DNA of 32,000 nucleotides from Taishania pollutisoli. GTDB lineage: Bacteria > Bacteroidota > Bacteroidia > Flavobacteriales_D > Crocinitomicaceae. The notes beneath the pieces were generated by a model, which did no database searches, was not told where the DNA came from, and saw only the letters and a program-made list of their open reading frames with translations. The position numbers were made by a program, and so were the translations under genes. The stretch spans positions 48,016-80,015 of the forward strand of contig NZ_JACVEL010000008.1 in the NCBI RefSeq assembly GCF_014518315.1, given 5' to 3'. Positions 9,771 through 19,375 of this stretch are shown piece after piece; positions within the stretch are counted from its first letter, which is position 1; each line of letters opens with the position of its first letter.

Positions 9771-11660
9771 ATGAGAACAGGACAAATAAATGTACAAACG
9801 GAAAACATCTTTCCGATCATCAAGAAATTTTTATACTCAGATCATGAGATTTTTTTACGGGAATTGGTTTCCAATGCAGTTGATGCATCGCAAAAGCTGA
9901 AATTCTTTGCTAAAAACGGAGAGTTTAAGGGAGAGCTGGGGAACCTGAAAGTGGAAGTAATTCTGAACAACGAAGAAAAAACGCTAACAATCCGGGATAA
10001 CGGGATTGGTATGACAGCGGAAGAAATTGATAGGTACATCAACCAGATCGCTTTTTCCGGAGCAGAAGAATTTGTTCAGAAATACAAAGGAAAAGAAGGT
10101 GCTGAAAACATTATCGGGCACTTCGGGCTTGGTTTTTATTCCGCATTCATGGTCGCTGAAAAAGTACAAATCCGAACAAAAAGCTTCAAAGACGGATCGC
10201 AGGCAGTACAATGGGAAAGCAACGGTTCGCCTGAATTTACCATTACAGATATTGAAAAAACAGACCGGGGAACAGACATCGTGTTGTACATCGCTGAAGA
10301 TTCACTCGAATTTTTGGAGAAAAACCGCATCAATGAGATTTTAACCCGTTATTGTAAATTCTTACCGGTTCCGGTTCTTTTCGGAACAAAAACAGAATAC
10401 ATCGATTCACCGGAGGGAGAAAAAGACGAGGACGGAAAAGTAAAACGTGTTGCTGTAGATGTTGACAATCAAATTAACAATACCACGCCGGCATGGACGA
10501 AAGCGCCGATTGATCTGAAACAGGAAGATTACGACAGTTTCTATCGTGAACTCTACCCGATGACATTTGAAAATCCGTTGTTTCACATCCACCTGAATGT
10601 TGATTATCCATTCAATTTGACCGGGATCCTATACTTTCCGAAAATCAAAGAAAATGTAGAGGTACAACGCAACAAAATCAATTTGTACTCCAACCAGGTA
10701 TTCATCACTGACAGTGTTGAAAACATTGTTCCCGAATTCCTGACATTACTGCATGGAGTGATCGACTCTCCGGATATTCCGTTAAACGTATCCCGCTCTT
10801 ATTTGCAAAGTGACGGAAACGTAAAGAAAATTTCTGCACACATTACAAAAAAAGTGGCAGATAAGCTGGCGGAAATGTTTAAAAATGACCGCGCGGATTT
10901 TGAATCAAAATGGGACGATCTGCAGGTATTTGTCCAATATGGAACCCTTTCTGAAGAAAAATTTGCAGAAAAAGCCAGAAATTTCAGCCTTGTAAAATCA
11001 ACAGATGGAAAGTATTATACAGTAGAGGAATACAAGGATAAAATTGCAACACTCCAAACAGATAAAGACGGAAAAATCGTTGTGTTATACACCAACAATC
11101 CCGAATTGCAATATGGTTTTGTGAAAAAGGCAAACGAAAGAGGATACGACGTACTGAGCTTTGAAAGTCCGCTGACACCTCACTGGATCAGTAAAATGGA
11201 ACAAACGTTTGAGAACCTTACATTCGCTCGTGTTGATGCAGATACGTTGGATAAACTCATCAAAAAAGACGAAGAAATTCCTTCAAAATTATCAAAAGAA
11301 GACGAAGAAAAGTTAAAACCGGTGTTTGAAGGAGCATTGAAGGAAAAAGAAAAATTCACGGTTCAGTTTGAAAGCATGAGTGCTTCCGAATCTCCTGTTA
11401 TCATTACACAACCTGAGTTTATACGTAGAATGATGGAACAACAGCGCATGGGCGGCGGCGGATTTTTCGGTGCTTTCCCGGAACGTTACAACATTGTTGT
11501 CAACAGTAATCACGAGAAAATTTCAGAAATTCTCGCAACGTCCGGAGAGGAACAAACGAAAAAGGTAAAACAGTTAACAGATCTGGCACTGCTTTCTCAG
11601 GGAATGCTGACAGGAGAAGCGTTAAATGCTTTTGTTGAACGCAGCATGGAACTGGTTTAA
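9771..11660 (+). CDS. htpG: molecular chaperone HtpG (Hsp90)
   Basis: The GHKL ATPase N-terminus (LYSDHEIFLRELVSNAVDA, IRDNGIGMT, IGHFGLGFYSAFMVA) and the 629-aa length match bacterial Hsp90. Confidence 0.97.
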   Translation: MRTGQINVQTENIFPIIKKFLYSDHEIFLRELVSNAVDASQKLKFFAKNGEFKGELGNLKVEVILNNEEKTLTIRDNGIGMTAEEIDRYINQIAFSGAEEFVQKYKGKEGAENIIGHFGLGFYSAFMVAEKVQIRTKSFKDGSQAVQWESNGSPEFTITDIEKTDRGTDIVLYIAEDSLEFLEKNRINEILTRYCKFLPVPVLFGTKTEYIDSPEGEKDEDGKVKRVAVDVDNQINNTTPAWTKAPIDLKQEDYDSFYRELYPMTFENPLFHIHLNVDYPFNLTGILYFPKIKENVEVQRNKINLYSNQVFITDSVENIVPEFLTLLHGVIDSPDIPLNVSRSYLQSDGNVKKISAHITKKVADKLAEMFKNDRADFESKWDDLQVFVQYGTLSEEKFAEKARNFSLVKSTDGKYYTVEEYKDKIATLQTDKDGKIVVLYTNNPELQYGFVKKANERGYDVLSFESPLTPHWISKMEQTFENLTFARVDADTLDKLIKKDEEIPSKLSKEDEEKLKPVFEGALKEKEKFTVQFESMSASESPVIITQPEFIRRMMEQQRMGGGGFFGAFPERYNIVVNSNHEKISEILATSGEEQTKKVKQLTDLALLSQGMLTGEALNAFVERSMELV

Positions 11661-11681
11661 CAGTCAACTGTATAGAAAAGC

Positions 11682-11714
11682 AAAGCCCTCGTGATATCAC
11701 GAGGGCTTTTTTTT
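11682..11714. terminator. bidirectional rho-independent terminator between convergent htpG and the 11760..12575 gene
   Basis: Perfect palindrome AAAGCCCTCGTGAT/ATCACGAGGGCTTT (11682..11709) with a GC-rich core. An A-rich run lies upstream and T8 lies at 11707..11714. Confidence 0.85.
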
Positions 11715-11759
11715 GATCAGTATATGGTGGTGGTATTTAAGCGCTTAATGGTCAATTCA

Positions 11760-12575
11760 TTATTTATTTTTTTCCTTTGTCAATGCTTCATCCCATGAGA
11801 AATTAAACGATTGAGACGGCAAATCGACAGCAACCGCTTCGGTGAATACATCTGTAAAATTCAGATTCATTTCTACTTTTTGCATATCGTTCAGGCTACC
11901 TCCCGGCATCCGTTCCCAATTGGCACTAAAGCTATCTGATCCTCCCGGAAATAACAAAATCGGATCTGTTTTCTTACCGTTTGCATATTCCTTTCCGTCC
12001 GGCATCAACACAGATATCTTAGACGGAGAAACAAAACCAATTTTCTTCCCTTTGTATTGAACATTGAATTTGGAAGTCGTTGCGCCTGTTTCTTTTTTGT
12101 ACCCTTTCAGTTCAACATAGAAATCGCCTGTCGAAAAATCATTTTTGCTTGGCGGGAATGTAAATCCCGGGGCAGCAAACTTTTCATCTGTTGGTACAAC
12201 ACGTTGAACTCCGTTTAGTTCAAATTTAAAGTCACGAACGTTATTATAACCACTTCCAAGAGCAACAATGGTCTTACTCTTTTTCTTATATGGTTCAACG
12301 ATGATGAATTTATCTTTTGGTGTAACTGTTGTACCGTTAATGGTAAAAACACACTTAGAAGCATCGAATAATAAAAACTCACTGCTGGTGTTTTCAATTT
12401 CCAACTTGAATTTGATCTCAGTTGCCAGACCTACGATATTCGAAATTTCAACCGAATAATTTTCTGCTGCTTGCTTTTGATTGGCGTAATAAATCTTTTC
12501 CTGCCCGAAGGAGAACATAGAAGTTAACAAAGCAGGAACAACAAACAGATAGGGTTTAAGTAATTTTCTTTTCAT
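11760..12575 (-). CDS. hypothetical secreted protein
   Basis: Long ORF with a signal peptide (MKRKLLKPYLFVVPALLTSMFSFGQE). The track start at 12581 is GTG; the first ATG is at 12575. I recognise no family. Confidence 0.6.
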   Translation of the reverse strand: MKRKLLKPYLFVVPALLTSMFSFGQEKIYYANQKQAAENYSVEISNIVGLATEIKFKLEIENTSSEFLLFDASKCVFTINGTTVTPKDKFIIVEPYKKKSKTIVALGSGYNNVRDFKFELNGVQRVVPTDEKFAAPGFTFPPSKNDFSTGDFYVELKGYKKETGATTSKFNVQYKGKKIGFVSPSKISVLMPDGKEYANGKKTDPILLFPGGSDSFSANWERMPGGSLNDMQKVEMNLNFTDVFTEAVAVDLPSQSFNFSWDEALTKEKNK

Positions 12576-12638
12576 TAGCACTAATAATTTATTTTAATTG
12601 AGAATGGAATTACAATATTTGTGCCATTAAATTTGATT

Positions 12639-13328
12639 CTAAATCATCCCTTCATCTGCAAAACTATAATATCCTGATTCGGATATAATTAAATGATCAA
12701 GAATATCGATATCAATCAATTTCCCGAACTCTTTGAGTTGTTGCGTTAGTTTTCGGTCCTGCTCGCTGGGGCTCAATCTTCCACTGGGATGATTGTGCGC
12801 GAGGATAATTCCGCTGGCATTCAACTCCAGGGCAGTTTTAAAAATAATCTTCCCGTCGGCGACAGTTCCGGAAATCCCTCCGATTGAAATTTGCTTTTTT
12901 TGCAGTACATAGTTCCCCCTGTTGAGATAAAGCACGTGAAATTCTTCGTGTTTCAAATCCTGCAAATCGTTGCTGAACAAATCAAAAGCGGACGGAGAGG
13001 AAGTTACTTTCATTCGGTTTCTGGGACCAACACACTGCCTTCGTTTTCCCAACTCAATGGCAGCACACAACTTAACTGCTTTTGCGGGACCGATTCCTCT
13101 GATTTTTTTTAGTTCGTTGATGTCCATTTTCCCGAAAAGATGGAGGTTGTTTTCATTTCTTTGCAACAATTCCTGGGCAACATCCAATGCTGAACGGGCG
13201 GAAGTTCCGGAACCTAATAAAATGGCAATGAGTTCTGCATCTGACAATGCTGATTTTCCCTTCAGGAGCATTTTCTCCCTCGGACGGTCATCTTCCGCCC
13301 AGTGTTTGATACTTCGGTTTAATTCCAT
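12639..13328 (-). CDS. radC: RadC-family JAB/MPN domain protein
   Basis: An HhH-type N-terminal part (IRGIGPAKAVKL) and a C-terminal JAMM motif (ILAHNHPSG...PSEQD). Confidence 0.9.
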   Translation of the reverse strand: MELNRSIKHWAEDDRPREKMLLKGKSALSDAELIAILLGSGTSARSALDVAQELLQRNENNLHLFGKMDINELKKIRGIGPAKAVKLCAAIELGKRRQCVGPRNRMKVTSSPSAFDLFSNDLQDLKHEEFHVLYLNRGNYVLQKKQISIGGISGTVADGKIIFKTALELNASGIILAHNHPSGRLSPSEQDRKLTQQLKEFGKLIDIDILDHLIISESGYYSFADEGMI

Positions 13329-13471
13329 AGATTAAAAGATAGGTTTACAACTAAAGGTACAAAAAAATTACCGGGAATCCTCCTCTTCGTCCACATTTTT
13401 AATCTTTTTTCTGATGTATGGATCTGTACTGGTTTTAATCGGGAAAATATGTCCTCACTGGTTTTATTGAT

Positions 13472-13479
13472 TAATTTTG
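13472..13479 (+). promoter_or_regulatory. -7 box (TAnnTTTG) upstream of the DUF457 hydrolase gene
   Basis: Exact TAATTTTG, 17 nt before the ATG at 13497. Confidence 0.45.
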
Positions 13480-13496
13480 TGTTTGAAATTTTTTGT

Positions 13497-14525
13497 ATGG
13501 ATTCGTTGACACAAATTGTACTCGGGGCTGCGGTCGGTGAAGCGGTCGGAGGGAAAAAAATGGGGATAAAAGCTGCATTCTGGGGTGCCATTGCAGGAAC
13601 GATTCCTGATTTGGATGTTTTTCTAAATGGTTTTTATCACCCGATAGAAGCGGCACTGGTTCACCGGGGATTTTCTCATTCGATTTTGTTTGCCGTTCTG
13701 TTTTCTCCTGTTTTTGCATGGATGTTGTTTCGTCTGTACAAACGAAAATACGAATACAAAACGTGGATACTGCTGTTTTTCTTTGGTATTGTAACACATC
13801 CGTTGCTGGATGTTTTCACAAATTACGGCACTTCATTGTTGTGGCCATCTCCCGAACGGTTATCCCTGGATTCTGTTTTTGTGATTGATCTGTTGTATAC
13901 GGTTCCGTTTTTGATCTGTGTTGTGGTTGCTATTTCGATGAAGCGAACATCTCTATGGCGCAATCGGGTTAACTGGATCGGGATTATTTATTCTTCGGGT
14001 TACCTGCTGTGGGGAGTTATTGCGAAATATACGATTGAAAACAAAGCAGATACTTATTTTGCTCAGTCAGGAGTCAGCGTTGATCGTAAAATGGTATCCG
14101 CAATGCCTGCAACGACGTTCTATTGGACCATTATCGGAGAAAACCGGGAAAATTATTATGTGACTTACAAATCCGTTTTTGGTGAATATAAAGCCACTGA
14201 CCTGGAAATCATTCCGAAAAATCATCAGTTACTCGATGAATTAAAATGGAAAAAAGGAGAAGAAGGATACCCTGAACTGTTAAAGTTTATTTCAAAAGGC
14301 TATTATACAATTGAACGGAAAGACTCGTTGTACAACTTCTATGATTTGAGGTTCGGAACGGCAACAAAGCTCACCAACGGTAAAGCAACTACCCCTGTTT
14401 TCGGATTTGGCTTGATTGTTGACAACGGAATTGTGGAAAAAACAGAACGGATCAGGAACAGAGGAGCATTTTCTATGCTTAACTTTGATGTCTATTGGAA
14501 CAATATATTTGCAAACTATGAATAA
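13497..14525 (+). CDS. membrane-bound metal-dependent hydrolase (DUF457/YdjM-like)
   Basis: The multi-TM N-terminal half starts MDSLTQIVLGAAVGEA and has an HRGFSHS motif. I chose ATG 13497 over 13449 because an exact TAATTTTG -7 box lies at 13472..13479, inside the longer ORF. Confidence 0.65.
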   Translation: MDSLTQIVLGAAVGEAVGGKKMGIKAAFWGAIAGTIPDLDVFLNGFYHPIEAALVHRGFSHSILFAVLFSPVFAWMLFRLYKRKYEYKTWILLFFFGIVTHPLLDVFTNYGTSLLWPSPERLSLDSVFVIDLLYTVPFLICVVVAISMKRTSLWRNRVNWIGIIYSSGYLLWGVIAKYTIENKADTYFAQSGVSVDRKMVSAMPATTFYWTIIGENRENYYVTYKSVFGEYKATDLEIIPKNHQLLDELKWKKGEEGYPELLKFISKGYYTIERKDSLYNFYDLRFGTATKLTNGKATTPVFGFGLIVDNGIVEKTERIRNRGAFSMLNFDVYWNNIFANYE

Positions 14526-15678
14526 ATTTTTCACCTTTTTTTTATTTGCGGGAATCTCATTCGTTTCCTGTACACAGAATGATGATCTGGTAGTCCAAAA
14601 ATTGCCAAAATCAAGCGAGACAAAACAACCGGCACCGCAAGAAAAAGCGGACACATTAACCATTGAAGATTATTTTTCAAATTCAAAAGTGATTGATGAG
14701 CGTGTTGATAAACTGTTTTCAAAACTGAGTGATGAAGAAAAAGTCGCGCAGTTAATCATGCCGGCCATGGGGCGACTGGGACAAACGGAAGAAGTGATCA
14801 TGAAGTTGGTAGCGGCAAAAAAGATCGGAGGAGTACTCATGCTCAACGGAACAAAAGAGCAATTTACAAAGTGGATTGCAGATATCAATGCAAAAAATGC
14901 TGAATTGGGTGTGCTGCCGTTCTTATACAGTGCAGATGCAGAACCGTCGTTGGTGAATAGAAAAATTACAGGTTCAACGGTAGTGAAGAAAGCAGCTGAA
15001 CTGACAACAGAAGAAGAAGTTCGTACAGTTGCCCAAACCATTTCCAAAGACCTGAATGAAATCGGCATCAACTACAATTTTGCTCCGGTTTCCGATATGG
15101 CATCCAATTCAACAGTCGGGTACCGTGGATTTGGAAAAGATCCGAAAAACATTGTACCATTCTCCTGGGCATTTATTGAAGAGTCGAGTAAAGCAAATAT
15201 TATTTCAACGGCAAAACACTTCCCGGGACATGGATTAGTATCCGGAGATACGCATAAGGCTTTACAAGTGATTGATGGAGAATTGAAAGAACTTGCTACG
15301 TTTAAGGAGTTAGCTGCGAAAAATGTTCCTTCCATTATGATCGGACATCTGGCTGTGAAAAATAACCCGAAGTACAATACCAATGGACTTCCTGCAACGG
15401 TTTCCCCGGTCATTGTGACGGATTTATTGCGCAAGGAATTGAATTACAAGGGACTGGTAGTAACCGATGCCATGAACATGGGAGGAGTAACGCAGGTTCC
15501 CAATGTAAATACAGCAGTGATTGAAGCAGGATGTGATATTTTATTGATGCCCCTGGATGCGGAAAAAGCACATACCGAGATTTTAAAGAAATACCAGGCT
15601 GATACTGCATTCAAAGCAAAAGCAGATGAGGCCGCTAAACGGGTAATCCGCATGAAATTGTGTCTGGGATTAATGTAA
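14518..15678 (+). CDS. nagZ: glycoside hydrolase family 3 beta-N-acetylhexosaminidase-like lipoprotein
   Basis: Lipoprotein-type signal (FLFAGISFVSC), the GH3 motifs KHFPGHG and GLVVTDAMNMGG, and a single-domain ~387-aa size. The start ATG at 14518 overlaps the upstream stop (ATGAATAA). The track ORF from 14416 is an upstream extension. Confidence 0.75.
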   Translation: MNKFFTFFLFAGISFVSCTQNDDLVVQKLPKSSETKQPAPQEKADTLTIEDYFSNSKVIDERVDKLFSKLSDEEKVAQLIMPAMGRLGQTEEVIMKLVAAKKIGGVLMLNGTKEQFTKWIADINAKNAELGVLPFLYSADAEPSLVNRKITGSTVVKKAAELTTEEEVRTVAQTISKDLNEIGINYNFAPVSDMASNSTVGYRGFGKDPKNIVPFSWAFIEESSKANIISTAKHFPGHGLVSGDTHKALQVIDGELKELATFKELAAKNVPSIMIGHLAVKNNPKYNTNGLPATVSPVIVTDLLRKELNYKGLVVTDAMNMGGVTQVPNVNTAVIEAGCDILLMPLDAEKAHTEILKKYQADTAFKAKADEAAKRVIRMKLCLGLM

Positions 15679-15723
15679 TTCGCGCTATCTGTAAATCAAC
15701 ACCAAATTAAATAATCGTTTCAA

Positions 15724-16338
15724 ATGAATGTGTCAACAACACTTTCAAGGTTCATTTTATTTTTCGTAATCGCTATCATTAGTTGTCGATTTACAAGTGC
15801 GCAAGATGAGACCGGAGAAAAAACACCCGGACCGTATTACATCAAAGATTTAAGTGGTACCATTCACCATTATGATAAAATCAAACTGATCATGAGTCGT
15901 TATCATTGCTATGAGGGTGAAGTGGTTGTGAAAATATACCCTTACAAAGAAGTTTTATCTGGTTTTACAGGTTTTGATGGCAGGCAATTTTTATTCGGAA
16001 ACATAAAAAAAGGTGCATTAGTAAAAGGAAGAAAAAAATATATGATAGAAGTGAATGATCATGGAAAAATGATCCTATCATATACAACAAGTAACGCCAC
16101 TGTTAGCTATTATGGTTCGTCAACAGCTTATTACGTTTGCATAAATAATAAAGTAACCCGTGTTCCGATCTTAGCAAAAAACATTTCGGGTTGGGAAAAT
16201 ATATTTACAGGTTGCCCTGGTTATGAATCGATTATTAAAGATTTCAACTCCAGGAAAATGGAAGAATATTGGGGAGTTCAAGAAATAATAAGTGCACTTT
16301 CTTCAGTTTATTATCGGGATTATTTCGAAGAATATTAA
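15724..16338 (+). CDS. hypothetical secreted protein
   Basis: 204-aa ORF with a signal peptide (FILFFVIAIISCRFTSAQ). It looks AT-rich compared with its neighbours. I recognise no family. Confidence 0.55.
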   Translation: MNVSTTLSRFILFFVIAIISCRFTSAQDETGEKTPGPYYIKDLSGTIHHYDKIKLIMSRYHCYEGEVVVKIYPYKEVLSGFTGFDGRQFLFGNIKKGALVKGRKKYMIEVNDHGKMILSYTTSNATVSYYGSSTAYYVCINNKVTRVPILAKNISGWENIFTGCPGYESIIKDFNSRKMEEYWGVQEIISALSSVYYRDYFEEY

Positions 16339-16379
16339 ACAGCAAGTAAGTTTTGCTATCTTTAATCTCAAAAATTAAA

Positions 16380-17153
16380 ATGGAAATCATTGTAACAAAT
16401 AATAAGGGGGTACGGACACTGAAACTCAACCGTCCGGCAGTATTTAATTCATTCAACCAGCAAATGGCGTTTGCTCTGCACAAGGAATTAGATGCTGCGG
16501 AACAGGATGCGACGGTGCGTGCAATTGTGCTCATCGGTGAAGGAAAAGCGTTTTGTGCAGGTCAGGATTTAGCAGAAGTAACAGATCCCAACGGACCGGA
16601 TTTACCCTCCATCGTAAAAGATCATTACAACCCGATTATTGAACGCATCAGAAACATCGAAAAGCCGGTAATCGGCGCTGTAAACGGTGTAGCGGCAGGT
16701 GCAGGTGCTAATATTGCGCTGGCATGTGATATGACCATTGCAAAGAAAAGTGCTGCATTCATCCAGGCTTTCTCAAAAATAGGTTTGATTCCGGATTCGG
16801 CAGGTACTTTCTTCTTACCCCGGATTATTGGTTTCCAAAAAGCTGCTGCTTTGATGATGACCGGAGACAAAGTTTCTGCTGACGAAGCAGTTTCCCTGAA
16901 CATGATTTACAAGGCTGTTGAGGATGATATTTTTGAAACAGAAGTATATGCATTAGCAGAAAAATTAGCACAAATGCCGACAAAAGGATTGGGATTGACC
17001 AAACGGGCACTCAACGCAAGCCTAACGAATAACTTGACGCAACAACTGGCTGTAGAGGGTGAATTACAAACCATTGCCGGACAAACATACGATTTCAACG
17101 AAGGAGTAAACGCATTTTTAGAAAAAAGAGCGCCTGTATTTAAAGGAGAATAA
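16380..17153 (+). CDS. paaG: enoyl-CoA hydratase/isomerase family protein, PaaG-like
   Basis: Crotonase fold with FCAGQDL and VNGVAAGAGANIALACD. End-to-end resemblance to E. coli PaaG, including the C-terminal EGVNAFLEKRAPVFKG. ATG at 16380 gives the usual MEIIV start. No other paa genes are in the window. Confidence 0.7.
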   Translation: MEIIVTNNKGVRTLKLNRPAVFNSFNQQMAFALHKELDAAEQDATVRAIVLIGEGKAFCAGQDLAEVTDPNGPDLPSIVKDHYNPIIERIRNIEKPVIGAVNGVAAGAGANIALACDMTIAKKSAAFIQAFSKIGLIPDSAGTFFLPRIIGFQKAAALMMTGDKVSADEAVSLNMIYKAVEDDIFETEVYALAEKLAQMPTKGLGLTKRALNASLTNNLTQQLAVEGELQTIAGQTYDFNEGVNAFLEKRAPVFKGE

Positions 17154-17177
17154 CGACCTCCATTCTGAAAGATAACT

Positions 17178-17214
17178 GCCGTAGCGACACACATGTTACT
17201 GCGGCTTTTTTGTT
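17178..17214 (+). terminator. probable rho-independent terminator after the paaG-like gene
   Basis: Stem GCCGTAG (17178..17184) / CTGCGGC (17199..17205), with one G-U pair and a 14-nt loop, followed by TTTTTTGTT. Confidence 0.5.
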
Positions 17215-17244
17215 GCAGTGAAATTGTTCATTGTAACAAACGAA

Positions 17245-18138
17245 ATGCATGATCGTTATAAAAAAAACTACATGAGAAACATTCCACTCCTCTTCCACCC
17301 TGTTTTTATTATCAGCCTGTGTGCATTACTTTTAAATGATTTTTACCTTAAATCTCATTATGGAAACATTCTTACTGGAAAACTATCCGATTTCTCCGGA
17401 CTGATTGTATTTCCAATCTTTTTTGCAGTTGTTTTTCCTTCATCAAAAAAATGGATTACTTTAGTTACTGCTAGTTTATTCCTACTCTGGAAGACACCTG
17501 TAGTAACCCCCATTATTGATTGGTTCAACACATATGCATTTTTTACAATAAACCGGGTGATTGACTACACAGATTACCTCGCACTGCTGATACTACCCAT
17601 GGCACATCGGATTATCAACACAGAAGAAAGAAACGAAACCAATCGTCATTTTATGACCACCGTACTACGATTCGGACTATTAGGAACAACCGGATTTGCA
17701 ATTTGTGCCACATCACAGGTACGCCACTTATGTAAAGACCCCATTCCTTCAGGAACGGTCTTCATCGGTAAGAAATATACAATCAAACAGAGCAAAGAGG
17801 CTGCCATTCAACAAATCAAATCAATGGGCTATGATGTAAAGCTGGTGACAAGTGAACATCCATGTTGGTATGACACCACTTTTTATTATCAAACGGATCA
17901 CATCATTGCAGAATTACCTTATGATTACCCTCCGGGATATTATAGTGAAAGAAAAACGGATACAATTGTCAATGTAAAATATAAACTGATTCCTGTCAAT
18001 GATAAAAAGGTTAAAATAGAAATCATCAACGTGACCTTAACAAAGAATGATTACATCCAAAACTGGCGTGTATTAAAAAATTTATCCGAGCGCTATGAAA
18101 CTGCTATCCGGGAAAATTTTGTCGAAAAAATGAAGTAA
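17245..18138 (+). CDS. hypothetical membrane protein (N-terminal TM bundle plus C-terminal soluble domain)
   Basis: Several hydrophobic helices (IPLLFHPVFIISLCALLL, GLIVFPIFFAVVF, ITLVTASLFLLW, LALLILPMA, FGLLGTTGFAICA) are followed by a ~130-aa hydrophilic domain. The track start 17218 is GTG; ATG candidates are at 17245 and 17272. Confidence 0.55.
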   Translation: MHDRYKKNYMRNIPLLFHPVFIISLCALLLNDFYLKSHYGNILTGKLSDFSGLIVFPIFFAVVFPSSKKWITLVTASLFLLWKTPVVTPIIDWFNTYAFFTINRVIDYTDYLALLILPMAHRIINTEERNETNRHFMTTVLRFGLLGTTGFAICATSQVRHLCKDPIPSGTVFIGKKYTIKQSKEAAIQQIKSMGYDVKLVTSEHPCWYDTTFYYQTDHIIAELPYDYPPGYYSERKTDTIVNVKYKLIPVNDKKVKIEIINVTLTKNDYIQNWRVLKNLSERYETAIRENFVEKMK

Positions 18139-18178
18139 CTATCTACATCCTTTTCCCCTGATAAAGCAAATCTTTTAC

Positions 18179-18186
18179 TAACTTTG
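18179..18186 (+). promoter_or_regulatory. -7 box (TAnnTTTG) upstream of pcm
   Basis: Exact TAACTTTG, only 4 nt before the ATG at 18191. Confidence 0.45.
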
Positions 18187-18190
18187 TAGC

Positions 18191-18835
18191 ATGCAGGATA
18201 CGTTCAAGCACAAAGGTATGAGAAGGCAGCTGATCAATGAGCTGCGGGAGAAGGGAATTGAAAACGAACAGATTTTAGAAGCATTTGACGCCATTCCACG
18301 TCATTTTTTCCTCGATTTGGTATTCGAACAACAAGCGTATAGTAATCAGGCGTTTCAAATTGGTGCCGGTCAAACCATTTCACATCCGTACACAGTTGCA
18401 TTTCAGACACATTTACTGGAGTTGAAAAAAGGTGAAAAAGTACTTGAAATCGGGACAGGATCCGGATTTCAGACCTGCATTTTATGCAAGTTGGGGGCAA
18501 AAGTATTTTCCATCGAACGGCAACGTGAATTGTTTCTGAAAGCAAAAAAAATCATTGAACATTTCAATTTCAATCCTCGGTTGGTATACGGTGACGGTTA
18601 TGCCGGACTTCCATTACTGGCTCCTTTCGATAAAGTACTTGTTACCTGTGGCGCTCCTGAAGTACCTGCCGCATTGATTGATCAACTCAAAGAAGGTGGC
18701 ATCATGGTTATTCCTGTCGGAGAAGGAAAAGACCAGGTCATGTTAAAGATCAAAAAACTTCCGGACGGAGAAGTCGACATTCAGCAATATGGTGTATTCA
18801 GTTTTGTACCCATGCTCGAAAATAAAGTAAAATAA
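18191..18835 (+). CDS. pcm: protein-L-isoaspartate O-methyltransferase
   Basis: Contains the SAM-binding motif VLEIGTGSGFQT and the family N-terminus (..AIPRHFF.. QTISHPYTVA). The start may instead be M10 at 18218. Confidence 0.9.
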   Translation: MQDTFKHKGMRRQLINELREKGIENEQILEAFDAIPRHFFLDLVFEQQAYSNQAFQIGAGQTISHPYTVAFQTHLLELKKGEKVLEIGTGSGFQTCILCKLGAKVFSIERQRELFLKAKKIIEHFNFNPRLVYGDGYAGLPLLAPFDKVLVTCGAPEVPAALIDQLKEGGIMVIPVGEGKDQVMLKIKKLPDGEVDIQQYGVFSFVPMLENKVK

Positions 18836-18853
18836 TAATTTTAATCCAATAGA

Positions 18854-19306
18854 ATGCAAGCAATCATCAAAACAAACAAAGGTGAAATGAAGGTGGATTT
18901 ATACACCGAAGATGCACCAAATACCGTAGCAAACTTTGCGAAACTGGCAAAAGACGGTTTTTACGACGGTTTGAAATGGCACCGCGTACTTCCGAATTTC
19001 GTAATTCAGGGAGGATGCCCGAATTCCCGCGACGGGGCAAGCGGAGTTCCCGGAACAGGAGGTCCTGGTTATAAAATCGATTGTGAATTGAAAGGTGGAA
19101 ACCAATACCACGACAGAGGAGTGCTTTCCATGGCACACGCAGGAAGAAATACAGGAGGTTCACAATTTTTTGTATGCCATTCCCGTGACAATACTGCTCA
19201 CCTGGACGGAAACCATACGTGTTTCGGAAAAGTGATTGAAGGAGTGGATGTAGTGGATGATATCCGTCAGGGAGATTCCATTGAAAGCATCACAATCATC
19301 GATTAA
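18854..19306 (+). CDS. cyclophilin-type peptidyl-prolyl cis-trans isomerase
   Basis: Cyclophilin signatures: HRVLPNFVIQGGCP, GVLSMAHAGRNTGGSQFFV and HLDGNHTCFGKV. Confidence 0.9.
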   Translation: MQAIIKTNKGEMKVDLYTEDAPNTVANFAKLAKDGFYDGLKWHRVLPNFVIQGGCPNSRDGASGVPGTGGPGYKIDCELKGGNQYHDRGVLSMAHAGRNTGGSQFFVCHSRDNTAHLDGNHTCFGKVIEGVDVVDDIRQGDSIESITIID

Positions 19307-19332
19307 ATAGAATCGCATTGACAATACAATCA

Positions 19333-19360
19333 GAGCCCTTGGAAACGAGGGCTTTCTCGT
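19333..19360 (+). terminator. possible terminator after the cyclophilin gene
   Basis: Stem AGCCCT (19334..19339) / AGGGCT (19348..19353) with an 8-nt loop, followed by the T-rich TTTCTCGTT. The stem is short. Confidence 0.35.
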
Positions 19361-19375
19361 TAAAGCAATAACAAC

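Noticed and set aside
11737-11748. A perfect 12-bp palindrome TTAAGCGCTTAA next to the htpG terminator.
   Set aside because: Several 12-bp palindromes are expected by chance in 32 kb. It has no loop for an RNA hairpin and no second copy.
13449-13496. Upstream extensions of track ORFs 13449..14525 and 14416..15678.
   Set aside because: A -7 box lies inside the first extension, and the family-typical N-terminus starts at 13497. The second extension overlaps the preceding gene in another frame, and the lipoprotein signal peptide starts at 14518.
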